Notes: a model not told the origin generated them from the sequence alone. A stretch of 64,000 nt of DNA from Octopus vulgaris (GCA_951406725.2 OX597817.1:32550001-32614000); one strand, 5' to 3'; positions 51,416 to 63,664 are shown, numbered from the stretch's first letter. Numbers and translations are program-made.

Positions 51416-51810
51416 AGGCGGCGAGCTGGCAGAAACGTTAGCACGCCGGGCGAAATGCTTAGCGGTATTTCGTCTGCCGTTACGTTCTGAGTTCAAATTC
51501 CGCCGAGGTCGACTTTGCCGTTCATCCTTTCGGGGTCGATAAATTAAGTACTAGTTACGCACTGAAGTCGATATAATCGACTTAATCCGTCTGTCCTTGT
51601 TTGTCCTCTTTGTGTTTAGCCCCTTGTGGGTAGTAAAGAAATAGGTATTTCGTCCGTCTTCATGTTCTGAGTTCAAGTTCCGCCGAGGTAGACTTTGCCT
51701 TTCATCCTTTCGAAGTCGATAAAATAAGTGCCAGATGTGTACTGGGGTTGAAGTAATCGACTATCCCCCTCTTCCAAATTTCAGGCATTGTGCCTATAGT
51801 AGAGAGAGAT
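51416..51810 (+). mobile_element. SINE family B dimer with alternative terminal tail
   Basis: GGCGGCGAGCTGGCAGAAACG head; junction AAGAAATAGGTATTTCG. Confidence 0.9.
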
Positions 51811-52278
51811 TATTTACTCCCCGGGGAAATATCTACCGCTTGTATATTCTGGATTTTAAGTTGTACGAACAAGTTAAGCTACAATCGTAATTCATTTACA
51901 ATGTGAACTGAATGCCGATCCTCGCGGGAGCGTTTATTATGAGTTCTGCTTGATTCTTTGAATCTAATCTTTTACTTTATTTTATTTGAAATTGGCTCCA
52001 AGACATGCGACGTAAGTCGAAAAACGACGTAACTCGAAAAAAGCATTAAAAACATTTATTAGCACAGATCTATTTTAATAAATGGTCTGTACATATTTTC
52101 ATCTGTATCTTCTTTAATGTTTCACTTAATTCTTGGGTTTTAGGTGTTTGTGCCTTTAAATATGTCGGATAAATCGACTGCAGTCGAGGTGTACTTTTCC
52201 CTTTAATTTCTTTAAAAAAAAAACAGTCGAAAAGACAAAAACGTAACTCGAAACACCGTAAGTTGAAGTCTCTTTTAT

Positions 52279-52682
52279 TCTCTTTTACTCTTTTACTTAT
52301 TTCAGTCATTTGACTGCGGCCATGCTGGAGCACCGCCTTTAGTTGAGCAAATCGACCCCGGGACTTATTCTTTGTAAGCCTAGTACTTATTCTATCGGTC
52401 TCTTTTGCTGAACCGCTAAGTGACGGGGACGTAAACACACCAGCATCGGTTGTCAAGGCAATGCTAGAGGGACAAACACAGACACACAAACACACACATA
52501 CATATATATACATATATACGACAGGCTTCTTTCAGTTTTCGTCTACCAAATCCACTCACAAGGCTTTGGTCGGCCCGAGGCTACAGTAAAAGACACTTGT
52601 CTAAGGTGCCACGCGGTGGGACTGAACCCGGAACCATGTAGTTGGTTAGCAAGCTACTTACCACACAGCCACTCCTGCGCCT
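52279..52682 (-). mobile_element. SINE family A
   Basis: Full-length reverse-complement match. Confidence 0.9.
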
Positions 52683-52782
52683 ATATATATAAGTATATAT
52701 ATAAAATTGAAAATGCACACACACACACACACACATCTGTGTGTGTGGAACTCAAATGAACATAGCTCCTCTCTCATATATA

Positions 52783-52816
<34 letters not shown>

Positions 52817-52861
52817 CATGTATGTATGTCTCTCTCTCATATATATATATATATACATAGT

Positions 52862-52973
52862 TCAAATTCACAGGAAACAAAAGACGAAGACAGGTGAAGG
52901 AACAACAAGCAGGTGTATTAGTTTTACGCTTGGGAAGAATAAAAAGTCTTTGACGTTTCAAGCCTACGCTCTT
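52862..52973 (-). mobile_element. Penelope-type terminal fragment with 3' half of a hammerhead
   Basis: Minus strand AAGAGC-gtag-GCTT-GAAAC-GTC-AAAG; downstream sequence similar to 48178-48280; ends in (TA)n. Confidence 0.6.
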
Positions 52974-53049
52974 ACTTCTTCATTATTTGCAGACGTTTCT
53001 TCTGTTGATGTATTTATTGCTGTGGATTACAATAGATCATGAAATTTTT

Positions 53050-53960
53050 TAATTAGTAGTTTTCTTCTTTAGCTCAGCTCGATAATGTTGTATTCATGCG
53101 CATTCATACGCGACGATTCTTAAATTGTCCCTGATGCACAACTTGGTACACTTCGGAATTGTATTTGTGATAAGAGAAGGGACATGATTCAGAGATTTTT
53201 ACGGTTATAAGGCTCAATATTTCTGTTATTATTAGCAGATAGAGGATCATTGTGATGATGTTGGTTTGTTATACTTTGTAACCATTTACATCTAAAACTT
53301 TTACACAACTCTAAATGCATGGATACTAGGTGCGTCGATCTTGTGTACGATGAATAATTCGACGAGATAACGAATTTTCGCTCAATCCCAGGACCCTATA
53401 TTGACAACAATATATGGATATCTTTGTCGAATAGAAGAGATTTTTGGAATGAATAATAACCCCTATATCACTGCTGTCATTTATAGTGAAATACATTCTT
53501 TCAAATTCCATTGCTTTGAGGAGGAGGTCTTTGGAAATGGATCGGAAAAAGTACGATGTCTAACCTCGTGAATTTACATCTGCTCTTATCTGTAATATCA
53601 TTGAACCAGCGAACTACATTGCTATGGTTATTCAAATCGTAATGTTATGACTTTTCTAATGTTCTTTAAAATATACCTACTTCCTCCACGAAGTTCACTT
53701 TTAACATTTAATAAGTTTGCGTTTGGGTGTCAGATCAAGTTAAAGTTATAAGTGAACGAATTTCTGATATATCCTTAGATGAAATGTCTTTCGACAGAGC
53801 AGCCAATTACTATGAATAAATTCTTAAAGAATAATAGTTTCAAAGTGTGTGGGGAGGTCATACCATACGAATTGAAATCTATGAACAGTGAAAACAATGT
53901 AGTTTAATTCTCTTTACGTCTCAATGTCATCTCCAATATAACTAAAATTTTTCTAACTTA
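53050..53960 (-). pseudogene. Decayed Penelope-like element reverse transcriptase (possible GIY-YIG remnant)
   Basis: Broken translations PKRKLI..KSEL, NVVRWFNDITDKSRCKFTRLDIV, SISKDLLLKAMEF..IGVIIHSK and NIGSWD*AKIRYLVELFI resemble PLE RT motifs (FDIxxFYPSI; MGSxDGAExCELVG). Confidence 0.7.
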
Positions 53961-54001
53961 ATTGTGAGAACTGTACTATTACAAGTTACATACATTCTCC
54001 T

Positions 54002-54326
54002 GTGAAGGCGCGTGGTTTAGTGGTTAGGGTATTCGGCTTACGATTGTAAGGTCGTGAGTTCAATTCCCGGCGACACGGTCTGTCCTTGAGCATGACACTT
54101 TATTTCACGTTGCTCCAGTCCACTCAGCTGGCAAAAATGAGTTGTTCCTGTATTTCAAAGGGCCGGCCTTGTCGCACTCTGTGTCACGCTGAATCTCTCT
54201 GAGAACTACGTTAGGAGTACACGTGTCTGTGGATTGCTCAGTCCCTTGCACGTTGATTTCACGAACAGGCTGTTCCGTTGATCGTATCAGCTGGGACCTT
54301 CCTCGTCGTAACCGACGGAGTGCTCC
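54002..54326 (+). mobile_element. SINE family D (tRNA head, CORE-like body beta, tail 1)
   Basis: TGTCCTTGAGCATGACACTTTATTTCACGTTGCTCCAGTCCACTCAGCTG CORE-like block; TSD tacattctcct. Confidence 0.9.
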
Positions 54327-55171
54327 TACATTCTCCTTAACGAGATATTTTTAATGTGTGTGTGTGTATTCATTTGAAGCTGATTATTATCTCCGTCACA
54401 ACTCAGAGTTTCTCGCTGTTGCAGTCCTTAAGCGACAAAAACGTATTTTTTGTGACCTAAAGTATCTCAGGTATCGAGAAATTCCGACTAGTGACGGAGT
54501 GAATTTTTCAGCTTCTAACGAATAAACTCCACTACAGGATATTAATTACATTTCGACTTGATTGTTCACTCAAACGCGTGCATGCATGCGTGTATCTCAT
54601 CCCCCCCCACCCGCGCTCTCTCTCTATGTCTATATTTATATCTACCTATCTATCTATCTATCGTGAAATCATGTAAAAAGAATGTAATATTTTTTTCACA
54701 CTGTTTGGGCGCAATTCATAAAAATGTTAACTAGTTCGTTTTGTTTGCTCCACTGCACAGGGTTTGTGTTCATACCATTGTCGAGCGAGATCAGAATATT
54801 TGTTATGAATACTGGTCTTTATATGAGAGTAACTGTGTTGGGTTGCATTTTAATTGTTTCTCTAACTACTGGGCATATCGCCAATATTTACTCGTATTGC
54901 AGTTAATTAGCATCTCTTTAAATCCATTCAATGACTTTTCTTTCTTTTCTTTTTTCATTGTATAAACTAGTTTTATGATTCTAAAGGATTTCTGGAAGAA
55001 CGGCTAAAGTGTTGTATTTCTTTCATCTTGGTAGTTTTATTCCATTAAAAAGCTATAGCTTATAAATTCTAAAGGTGTATCGAACGATCCAAACGAAGGA
55101 CCATTTAAAAAATCTACATGTTCATTTGGCATGCTAGAAATAACAGCCAAATTTCTATCGTATTAGACATT

Positions 55172-55485
55172 ACTCTTTTACTTGTTTCAGTCATTTGACT
55201 GACTCCAGGACTTATTCTTTCTAAGCCTAGTACTTATTCTATCAGTCTCTTTTTGCCGAACCGCTAAGTTACGGGGACACACCAGCATCGGTTGTCAAGC
55301 GATGTTGGGGGGACAAACACAGACACACATATATGTATACATATATACGACAGGCTTCTTTCAGTTTCCGTTTACCAATCTACTCGCAAGGCTTTGGTCG
55401 GCCCGAGGCTATAGTAGTAGGTGCCATGCAGTGGGATTGAACCCGGAACCATGTAGTTCGTAAGCAAGCTACTAGCCACACGCCT
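55172..55485 (-). mobile_element. SINE family A with internal deletions
   Basis: Reverse-complement match. Confidence 0.85.
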
Positions 55486-55753
55486 ATGATTACCGTGATT
55501 GGATACATTGGACAATATAGTTCTTGATATACATAATGACAGGATGCTCAATCAGTCATGGACTAGGTCTCAGTAACAAGGGTGCACCAAACTACGAGAA
55601 TAGCCAAAATTTAATAGTTTTCATTGTGTTTATTATCTTCTATCTTTTACTTGTTTCAGTCTTTGGACTGCGCCAGTGCTGGGGCACCGTCTAGAAGGAT
55701 TTCAGTGGAACAACTTGATTCCAGTTTATATTATAATTATTTTTAAAATCTGG

Positions 55754-56169
55754 GGATCTTTTCGGTTTGACCGGCAGTTTTTAAAAATAATTTCTACGTA
55801 ACTAAACACTTTAAAACTTCGTATACTGGTAGAATGTGTTTATAAAACATCTTTTTCTCTTGCCTTTATTGAGAAAATTCTATAGTTTGTAACATATTTG
55901 CTGTTTTTTTTCTTCAATTTCTGCAATTTCAACCAATCAATGACGTCTATTGAGGTGAAAACATTCTGTGCCGTATGAATATGTCCCTCGTTTAAGAAAC
56001 AGATTGGGTTTATTTACATTTCTGAAGAAAAAAAGATATCCTTCCTCCCACCCTAACCCTAACCCTAAAACAGATTGAGATGCAATAGATCGATACTAGG
56101 GTCATAATTATGGGTGACAATTTCATATGACACCGCTAGAAAAAACTGCCGTTCAAACCGAAAAGATCC
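55754..56169. mobile_element. Merlin-like MITE nested in an old family A SINE (55640-56455)
   Basis: TIR GGATCTTTTCGGTTTGA(C/A)CGGCAGTTTTT; perfect 8-bp TSD aaatctgg (55746-55753, 56170-56177); internal CCCTAA repeats. Confidence 0.85.
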
Positions 56170-57131
56170 AAATCTGGTACCTATTCTATAGGTAGCATTT
56201 GCTAAACCGCTGATTTTACGGGGACATAAGCAAACCAGCACCGGTTGTGAAGTGATGATGGAGACAAACATAAAAACACACACACATAGGATGGGCTTCT
56301 GTACAGTTTCCGCCTATCAAAATCACTCACTAGGCATTGGTCGACCTGGGGTCATAGTAGAAGACATTTGCTTAAAGTACCATGCAGCGAGACTGAACTT
56401 GAAATCACATGGTTGCAAAACTAGCTTTTTAACTATACAGCCATGCTAGCGCCTATTATTAGTTTGTTAAAATATTTTTTTCTTTCGAGAACTTAAACCG
56501 AATTAATGAAAGTTCCAAATGTTTGAGGCATAACTACAGTTTGATGCTCCACTGCCGTCTGTGTTTCTATATAGCTTCTCCAATAATGTACATTTTTCAA
56601 GGAAATTTTGCAGATATATTTCTTCGAAGCTGTAGAATATGATTACGTTGATGAAATTTACTTTTAAACCACTTATTTTACTCGAAAGAAAAGAGATCTA
56701 TACAAATCCAGTTTTCAATGGCTAGAGTAATTTTGATTTGCATTACAATGCAAATATGTTAAACCTAAACAGCAAGTTTTATTATGTCTTTATATTTTAC
56801 GTTGGTAATGAATAATATCAATGAGGATAGCGCCAAAAGTTTTTCTTTTTTATGTCGTGCCATGATCGTCAGCTGGTTATTGAATGATTAAAATGGCATG
56901 GACTTCTTTTCTTTCTGAGTATTAAAAAAAACAAAGACAATAATAATTTCATAAGCGAAATCTTAATCTATAGTTTTGGAAAAAAATCTACCTCAATAAA
57001 ATTTCATTAATGCATATTATGCGTTACGGTTGTATGGTTAAGAAGCTCGCATTGCAACTGCGTGGTTCCAGGTTCAACCCCACTGCGTAATACCTTGGAC
57101 AAGTGGTTTCTCCTATAACCACAGATCGACC

Positions 57132-57267
57132 GGTGACCGGTAATAAAGTCACAGTAATAATTTTGGCTAGGAAAAAAGTTACAGGAAAAAAAAGTCACAA
57201 TCAATTTATGGGATCCGGAGAAATCCCACCCACCGGACAAAACCCCTGTGACTTTTTTACTTGGATT
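57132..57267. mobile_element. Small MULE-like insertion in a family A SINE
   Basis: Flanking (a/t)gatcgacc 9-bp duplication; inverted GTAA(T/A)AAAGTCACAG ends with internal AAAAAAGT(C/T)ACA repeats. Confidence 0.6.
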
Positions 57268-57311
57268 TGATCGACCAACGCCTTGTCAGTGGATTTAATA
57301 GACAGAAACTG

Positions 57312-57665
57312 CGTGGCAAGAAGCTTGCTTCCCAACCACATGGTTCCAGGTTCAGTCCCACTGTGTGGCACCTTGGGCAAGTGTCTTCTACTTTAGCCTC
57401 GGGCCGACCAAAGCCTTATGAGTGGATTTGGTAGACGGAAACTGAAAGAATCCCGTCGTATATGTGTGTGTGTCTTTTTGTTTGTCGCTTGATAACCGAT
57501 GTTGGTGTGTTTACATCGCCGTAACTTAGCGGTTCGGCGAAAGAAACGATAGAGTAAGTAATAGGCTAACAAAGAATAAATCCTGGAGTCGATTTCTTCG
57601 GCTAAAAATAATCTTTAAGGCGCTGCTAAGCATGGCCGCAGTCAAATGACTGAAACAAGTAAAAA
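57312..57665 (+). mobile_element. SINE family A
   Basis: Colinear with other A copies. Confidence 0.85.
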
Positions 57666-57712
57666 AATAAAAGAATTATATATATACACACCCGACCGGT
57701 ATTGTAATTTAT

Positions 57713-58086
57713 GCTTAGCGGTATTTCGTCTGCGTTACGTTCTGAGTTCAAATTCCGCCGAGGTCGACTTTGCCTTTCATCCTTTCGGGGTCGATAAATT
57801 AAGTACCAGTTACGCACTGGAGTCGATATAATCGACTTAATATCTATGTCTGTCCTTGTTTGTCCCCTCTGTGTTTAGCCCCTTGTGGGTAGTAAAGAAA
57901 TAGGTATTTCGCCTGCCGCTACGTTCTGAGTTCAAATTCCGCCGAGGTCGACTTTGCCTTTCATCCTTTCGAGGTCGATAAATTAAGTACCAGTTACGCA
58001 CTGGGGTCGATGTAATCGACTTAATACCTATGTCTGTCCCTGTTTGTCCCCTCTATGTTTAGCCCCTTGTGGGTAATAAAGAAATA
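57713..58086 (+). mobile_element. 5'-truncated SINE family B dimer
   Basis: TSD ggtattgtaatttat at 57698-57712 and 58087-58101. Confidence 0.9.
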
Positions 58087-58488
58087 GGTATTGTAATTTA
58101 TCAGTACATCAAAAGAGAGAGATAAATACCAAACTTTAAAAAAAATTTATGGTGTCGATTAATAAAGTATCAATAAAATACTGGGATCACTTTGTTCGAC
58201 TGAAGCCCTTCAAAGCAGTACCCTAGCATGGCCCCAGTGTAATGAATGAAACAAATAAAAGATTGCACACACATACACATACACTGACATGTTGCTAATG
58301 GCGAGACTTCGAAGTCACATTCAACTAGGATTTCGCTTGAATATAATTATTGAATTTTGCATCGATATTGAGAGTCCTTTGTCCGATATATGCGACCTAG
58401 TGTTTCTTAGGCTCATTATATAGAAAAAAAAGAAGAAAAAAAACTACAGAAGAGCTCATAATCAAAGTCACTGATGTACATTATAATT

Positions 58489-59115
58489 CTCTTTACTCTT
58501 TTACTCTTTTACTTGTTTCAGTCATTTGACTGCGGCCATGCTGGAGCACCGCCTTTAATCGAGCAACTCGACCCCGGGACTTATTCTTTTGTAAGCCCAG
58601 TACTTATTCTATCGGGGCTCTTTTGCCGAACCGCTAAGTAACGGGGACATAAACACACCAGCATCGGTTGTCAAGCAATTCTAGGGGGACAAACACAAAC
58701 ACACACACGCATACATATATACGACGGACTTCTTTCAGTTTCCGTCTACCAAATCCATTCACAAGACTTTGGTCGGCCCGAGGCTATAGTAGAAGACACT
58801 TGTCCAAGGTGCCACGCAGTGGGACTGAACCCGGAACCATGTGGTTGGTAAACAAGCTACTTACCTATTTCTTTATTACCCACAAGGGGCTAAACATAGA
58901 GAGGACAAACAAGGACAGACATAGGTATTAAGTCGATTACATCGACCCCAGTGCGGAACTGGTACTTAATTTATCGACCCCGAAAGGATGAAAGGCAAAG
59001 TCAACCTCGGCGGAATTTGAACTCACAACGTAACGGCAGGCAAAATACCGCTAAGCATTTCGACCGGCGTGCTAACGTTTCTGCCAGCTCGAAGCTACTT
59101 ACCACACAGCCACTC
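58489..59115 (-). mobile_element. Family A SINE with family B SINE (58866-59091) inserted in its tRNA head
   Basis: TSD aagctacttacc at 58854-58865 and 59092-59103. Confidence 0.9.
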
Positions 59116-59116
59116 A

Positions 59117-59636
59117 TGTTTTTAATGTATCATAGAATTACAATAGAATTAAATAGGATCAAAGCATTTCAGTTTCATTTCTCAGCGCCTATTCTCGGGT
59201 GTCTTTAGGCAAAACGGAGCCTAACTTTGAAAATGAAAATATTTCCTATTTTGACACTATTATACCGCAGGTATTTTTCTCCGTCAACGTTTCATTTTCT
59301 TTTAGTTTTTACGTTATATCTTAAAAGATATTGTTATGCACCACCAATTATTTATTGCAAATCAACACACTAATAGATTCACCTATTATCTCTCACTCTT
59401 TACATAACAATATATTTACGCTAAGTGAAAAGCTATTTCTAAATAGGCTTTCCCGTAAAACAGCCCAGGTTTTTTTAAAAAGCTACGGGAAACTTCCTTT
59501 GTTTTCTATAGAATTAGTTTTGTTTTTAATGTATAATAGAATTACAATAGAATTAAATAGGATCAAAGCATTTCAGTTTAATTTATCAGCGCCTATTCTC
59601 GGGTGTCTTTAGGCAAAACGGAGCCTAACTTTGAAA
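59117..59636. repeat. 116-bp direct repeat pair (59117-59232, 59521-59636)
   Basis: Near-identical TGTTTTTAATGTAT...GGAGCCTAACTTTGAAA. Confidence 0.9.
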
Positions 59637-60319
59637 CGTGGACCCACTAAATGCATTAAAGATGGCGTAGCTATAATATCCCAACTTAATTTGTTTCCTT
59701 ATAATTTCTTAAATAATCCTTTTCTGTTAACTTGCTTGTTATTGGACTGTAGCTTATGTTAGAGCACTGCCTTGAAGTGTTTTGGTGGAATAGATCTACT
59801 CCAGTACTTTACCGATACCTTATTCATCGGCACCATAACAACGGTATGATCTCGGTAAGATTGGCGCGTAGTTAGCGATCGAAATTTTTCAGTTGCGATC
59901 TTCTTTTATTTGTTGTAGTCGTTGGACTACGGCCATGCTGGGGAACGCTTTGAAAGGTTTTAGCTGAACAAATCAATCCCAATACGTTTTTTTTGTCTTT
60001 TTAAGTCTTGTACATATTCTACTGGTGTCTTTTGCGAAACTACTAAGTCATAGAGGCGTATACAGTTGTTAAGCGGTGGTGGTGGTGGTGGTGGGAACAA
60101 AGACTCGAAAGACATACACATGTATATATGATGGGCTTCCACACGGTTTCCATGTACCACATCCACTCACAAGACATTAGTGGGCCCGGGGCTTTTGTAG
60201 GAATCGCTTACCCAACGTGCAGCGCCGTGGGAGTGAATCTGAAACCATGTGGTTGCAAAAAGGTGAACCTCAAAATGTCTTCTGTAATATCTAATTACAA
60301 GTTAATATCGGACAAAAAG

Positions 60320-60600
60320 TGGAGGCACATGGCTTAGTGGTTAGAGCAGCGGACTGGCGGTCGAGTGGTCGCGGATTCGAATCTCAGACCGGGCGATGTG
60401 TGCGTTTTATCAGCGGCTCTGGCAGAAGGTAATGGCAAACTTCTGCTGATTCTTTCGCCACAACTTTCTCTCACTCTTTCCTCCTGCATCTTGCAGCTCA
60501 CCTGCGACGGACCGGCGTCCAGTCCAGGTGGGGAACCTATACGCCAAGGAAACCAGGAAACCGGCCCTTATGAGCCAGGCATGGCTCGAGAAGGAACAAA
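60320..60600 (+). mobile_element. SINE family D variant: head + body alpha + tail 2
   Basis: CACAACTTTCTCTCACTCTT body joined to CCTGCGACGGACCGGCGTCCAGTCCAGG tail. Confidence 0.8.
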
Positions 60601-60959
60601 CATTCGGAACCATTGAACCAGTGGTGAAAAAGTATGGGGGTAGTGGGCTTCTTTTTTTTTTCCACTTTAATTTTTAATGGTTCGTTCAAGAGGAACAGTT
60701 TATACCCAGAAGCTAGACCAGCCTTCTGAAGCTAGTGAGATTGATGCAAGTCGACGTATGCAGGAAATGTAATAGTGGGCATGGGGGGGAGGGCAGTGGA
60801 ATTGACTCTGGAAAGAAAGAATAGAAGAAAATAATTAATGCAGGAACAAGGGCAGGGTACACTTATACACATAGACTATTTTATCATATGAAGATTTCTC
60901 TTGAAACCGCAAGTTCCATCCATAGAGCTAAGTTCCAATACATTCATATAATTCATTTT

Positions 60960-61217
60960 GTGGAAGCACTCCGTCGGTTACGACGATGAGGGTTCCGGTT
61001 GATCCGAATCAACGGAACAGCCTGCTCGTGAAATTAACGTGTAAGTGGCTGAGCACTCCACAGACACGTGCACCCTTAACGTAGTTCTCGGGGATATTCA
61101 GCGTGACACAGAGAGTGACAAGGCCGGCCCTTTGAAATACAGGTACAACAGAAACAGGAAGTAAGAGTGAGAGAAAGTTGTGGTGAAAGAGTACAGCAGG
61201 GATCACCACCCTCCACG
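60960..61217 (-). mobile_element. SINE family D (alpha + tail 1) with tRNA head internally deleted
   Basis: TSD taattcatttt on both sides; TGGAGG start fused directly to GTGGTGATCCC. Confidence 0.85.
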
Positions 61218-61935
61218 TAATTCATTTTTATTTATGGACGAATAAATAAAAGTGCGTCTGTTTTTAATTTCCAGGGTTAAAGGTTAAGCTTATGGTTAAT
61301 ATTGGATCCATGAAATAATTGTGCTCTAATATATTAAAAAAAGAATACCATTGTTATGAAATTGACGATAACAACATCTATTTAAATGATTGTGCTAAGC
61401 TTTTAGTATGGATATTGATTTAGTTCGTTAAAAGTTTTTGTTTTTCTTTGCACTAGAAAATTAAATAACGTTTGATTGTCGTTTATGATTGTATAAAAAA
61501 ATTCTTTGAGCAATAGGCAATAAAAAAAATTAATTTGATTTATTCATCGATAGAATAAACTATAATAATACGGCAAAAGCTCTAAAACTTTAAAACAAAC
61601 GACAGTTCTACAATTTGCCGATAAAAGAGAATTAAGATAGAATAAATTATGCAAATTTATTTGGGGTGCGCAAGTACTTTTAGAAATGTGAATATTGCCA
61701 CTGAATAAGAATTTCCTCCTTGATAGATAAAAATAGATTTATTGAAATAATTAATATTATCGTCATAAAATATAATTTCCATGGTAACTGTCAAATTATA
61801 TAGCACGAATATCTACAATCTAATTTCTATTACTGAATTAATAAAAAGTAAGTTCATGATTTAATTATCAAGGTGATCTTAAGCGTTCCTTTTCAAATAA
61901 TTGTTTCTAATTAAGGCACAAGGTCAACGTGATAC

Positions 61936-62400
61936 CTGTTTCTTTATTACCCACAAGGGGCTAAACATAAAGGGGACAAACAAGGACGGACAAACGACCC
62001 CAGTGTGTAACTGGTACTTAATTTATCGACCCCGAAAGGATGAAAGGCAAAGTCGACCTCGGCGGAATTTGAACTCAGAACGTAACGGCAGACGAAATAC
62101 GGCTACGCATTTCGCCCGGCGTGCTGACGTTTCTGCCAGCTCGCCGTCTTCACAAGGTCAACATGATACATATTTCTTTATTACCCACAAGGGGCTAAAC
62201 ACAGAGGGGACAAACAAGGACAGACATAGGTATTAAGTCGATTACATCGACCCCAGTGCGTAACTGGTACTTAATTTATCGATCCTGAAAAGATGAAAGG
62301 CAAAGTCGACCTCGAAGGAATTTGAACTCAGAACGTAAAGACGGACGAAATGCCGCTAAGCATTTTACTCGGTGTGTTAACAATTCCACTAGCTCGCCCC
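61936..62400 (-). mobile_element. Two adjacent family B SINEs
   Basis: First is bounded by duplicated cacaaggtcaac(g/a)tgatac. Confidence 0.85.
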
Positions 62401-62859
62401 CTCTTGTTTCTCATCTTTATATATATATATATTTTTTTTCTTCTTTTACTTGTGTCAGTCATTAGACTGCAGCCATGCTGGGGCACCGCCTTGAAGAATG
62501 AATTGACACCAGTACTTTTTTTTGTCGAACTTAGTTACGAGGATGTAAACTCACCAACACCGGTTGTCAAGCGGTGGTGGTGGAACAAACGCGCGCGCGC
62601 GCACACATACACACATTAAAATTAATATTTAGCGCCAACGCACGAGACTCGGATCCTGAGTCACCCTTGATTCTGCTAAATACTAATAAAAATATACATA
62701 TACTCATATTTTTGAGTTCTATTTTCCCTGTTTGCATCACCATACTTATATATATGATACACACACACACACACACACATAATCCAAAGATGAGATCCAA
62801 TGATTCTTAGTATAGAAGACAATGCTCAAGTGATTCAAACAGAGACTCCGGTGTTTTTA

Positions 62860-63016
62860 CAGGGGCAGAACTAGGGAGGGGGGCTGAGGGTCACGTGCCC
62901 CCTTCAAGAAAATAAGTGCGCCCTTCTAAATAATGTTATTACGCCTTTCTCTCCTAGAATTGTATTCCCTTCTGACCTTGTGCCCTCCCTTTGAAAAATT
63001 CCTGGAACCGCGCCTG
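62860..63016. mobile_element. Harbinger/hAT-like MITE remnant
   Basis: CAGGGGCAGAACTAGG ... CCTGGAACCGCGCCTG imperfect TIRs; GTGCCC internal motifs. Confidence 0.5.
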
Positions 63017-63112
63017 CTTTACAAGAGATCAATGGCTATACAAAGGATCAAATTCAGCAGATATAGAGGGTTATATTTAATATATCTAATTTGTTTATCC
63101 GCATAATTGGCC

Positions 63113-63150
<38 letters not shown>

Positions 63151-63245
63151 GTGCGTGCGTGCGTGTGTGTGTGTGTATGTGTGTGTGTGTGCGTGCGCGC
63201 GTGTGTGTGTGAGGTTGAGTAAAAAGTAAGCAACGTTTTGAACCA

Positions 63246-63617
63246 GCGCGGGAGTGGCTGTGTGGTAAGTAGCTTGTTTACCAACCACATGGTTCCGGGT
63301 TCAGTCTTCTACTATAGCCTTGTGAGTGGATTTGGTAGACGGAAACTGAAAAGAAGTCCGTCGTATATATGTATATGTATATATGTATGTGTGTGTTTGT
63401 GTGTCTGTGTTTGTCCCTTAGCATTGCTTGACAACCGATGCTGGTGTGTTTATGTCCCCGTTACCTAGCGGTTCGGCAAAAGAGCCCCGATAGAATAAGT
63501 ACTGGGCTTACAAAAGAATAAGTCCTGGGGTCGAGTTGCTCGATTAAAGGCGGTGCTCCAGCAAGGCCACAGTCAAATGACTGAAACAAGTAAAAGAGTT
63601 AAAAGAGTAAAGAGAGT
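63246..63617 (+). mobile_element. SINE family A with deletions
   Basis: Colinear with other A copies. Confidence 0.85.
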
Positions 63618-63664
63618 ATGAAGAATTTGTATCAGATTTTTGCTTAACCTTTAACCTTGCCCAA

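Noticed and set aside
296-63468. Short ORFs of the six-frame track as host genes
   Set aside because: Most are translations of SINEs (recurring WYLIYRPRKDERQS, YQIHSQG, LDALPNANH peptides) or microsatellites; the rest show no recognisable domain or exon chain
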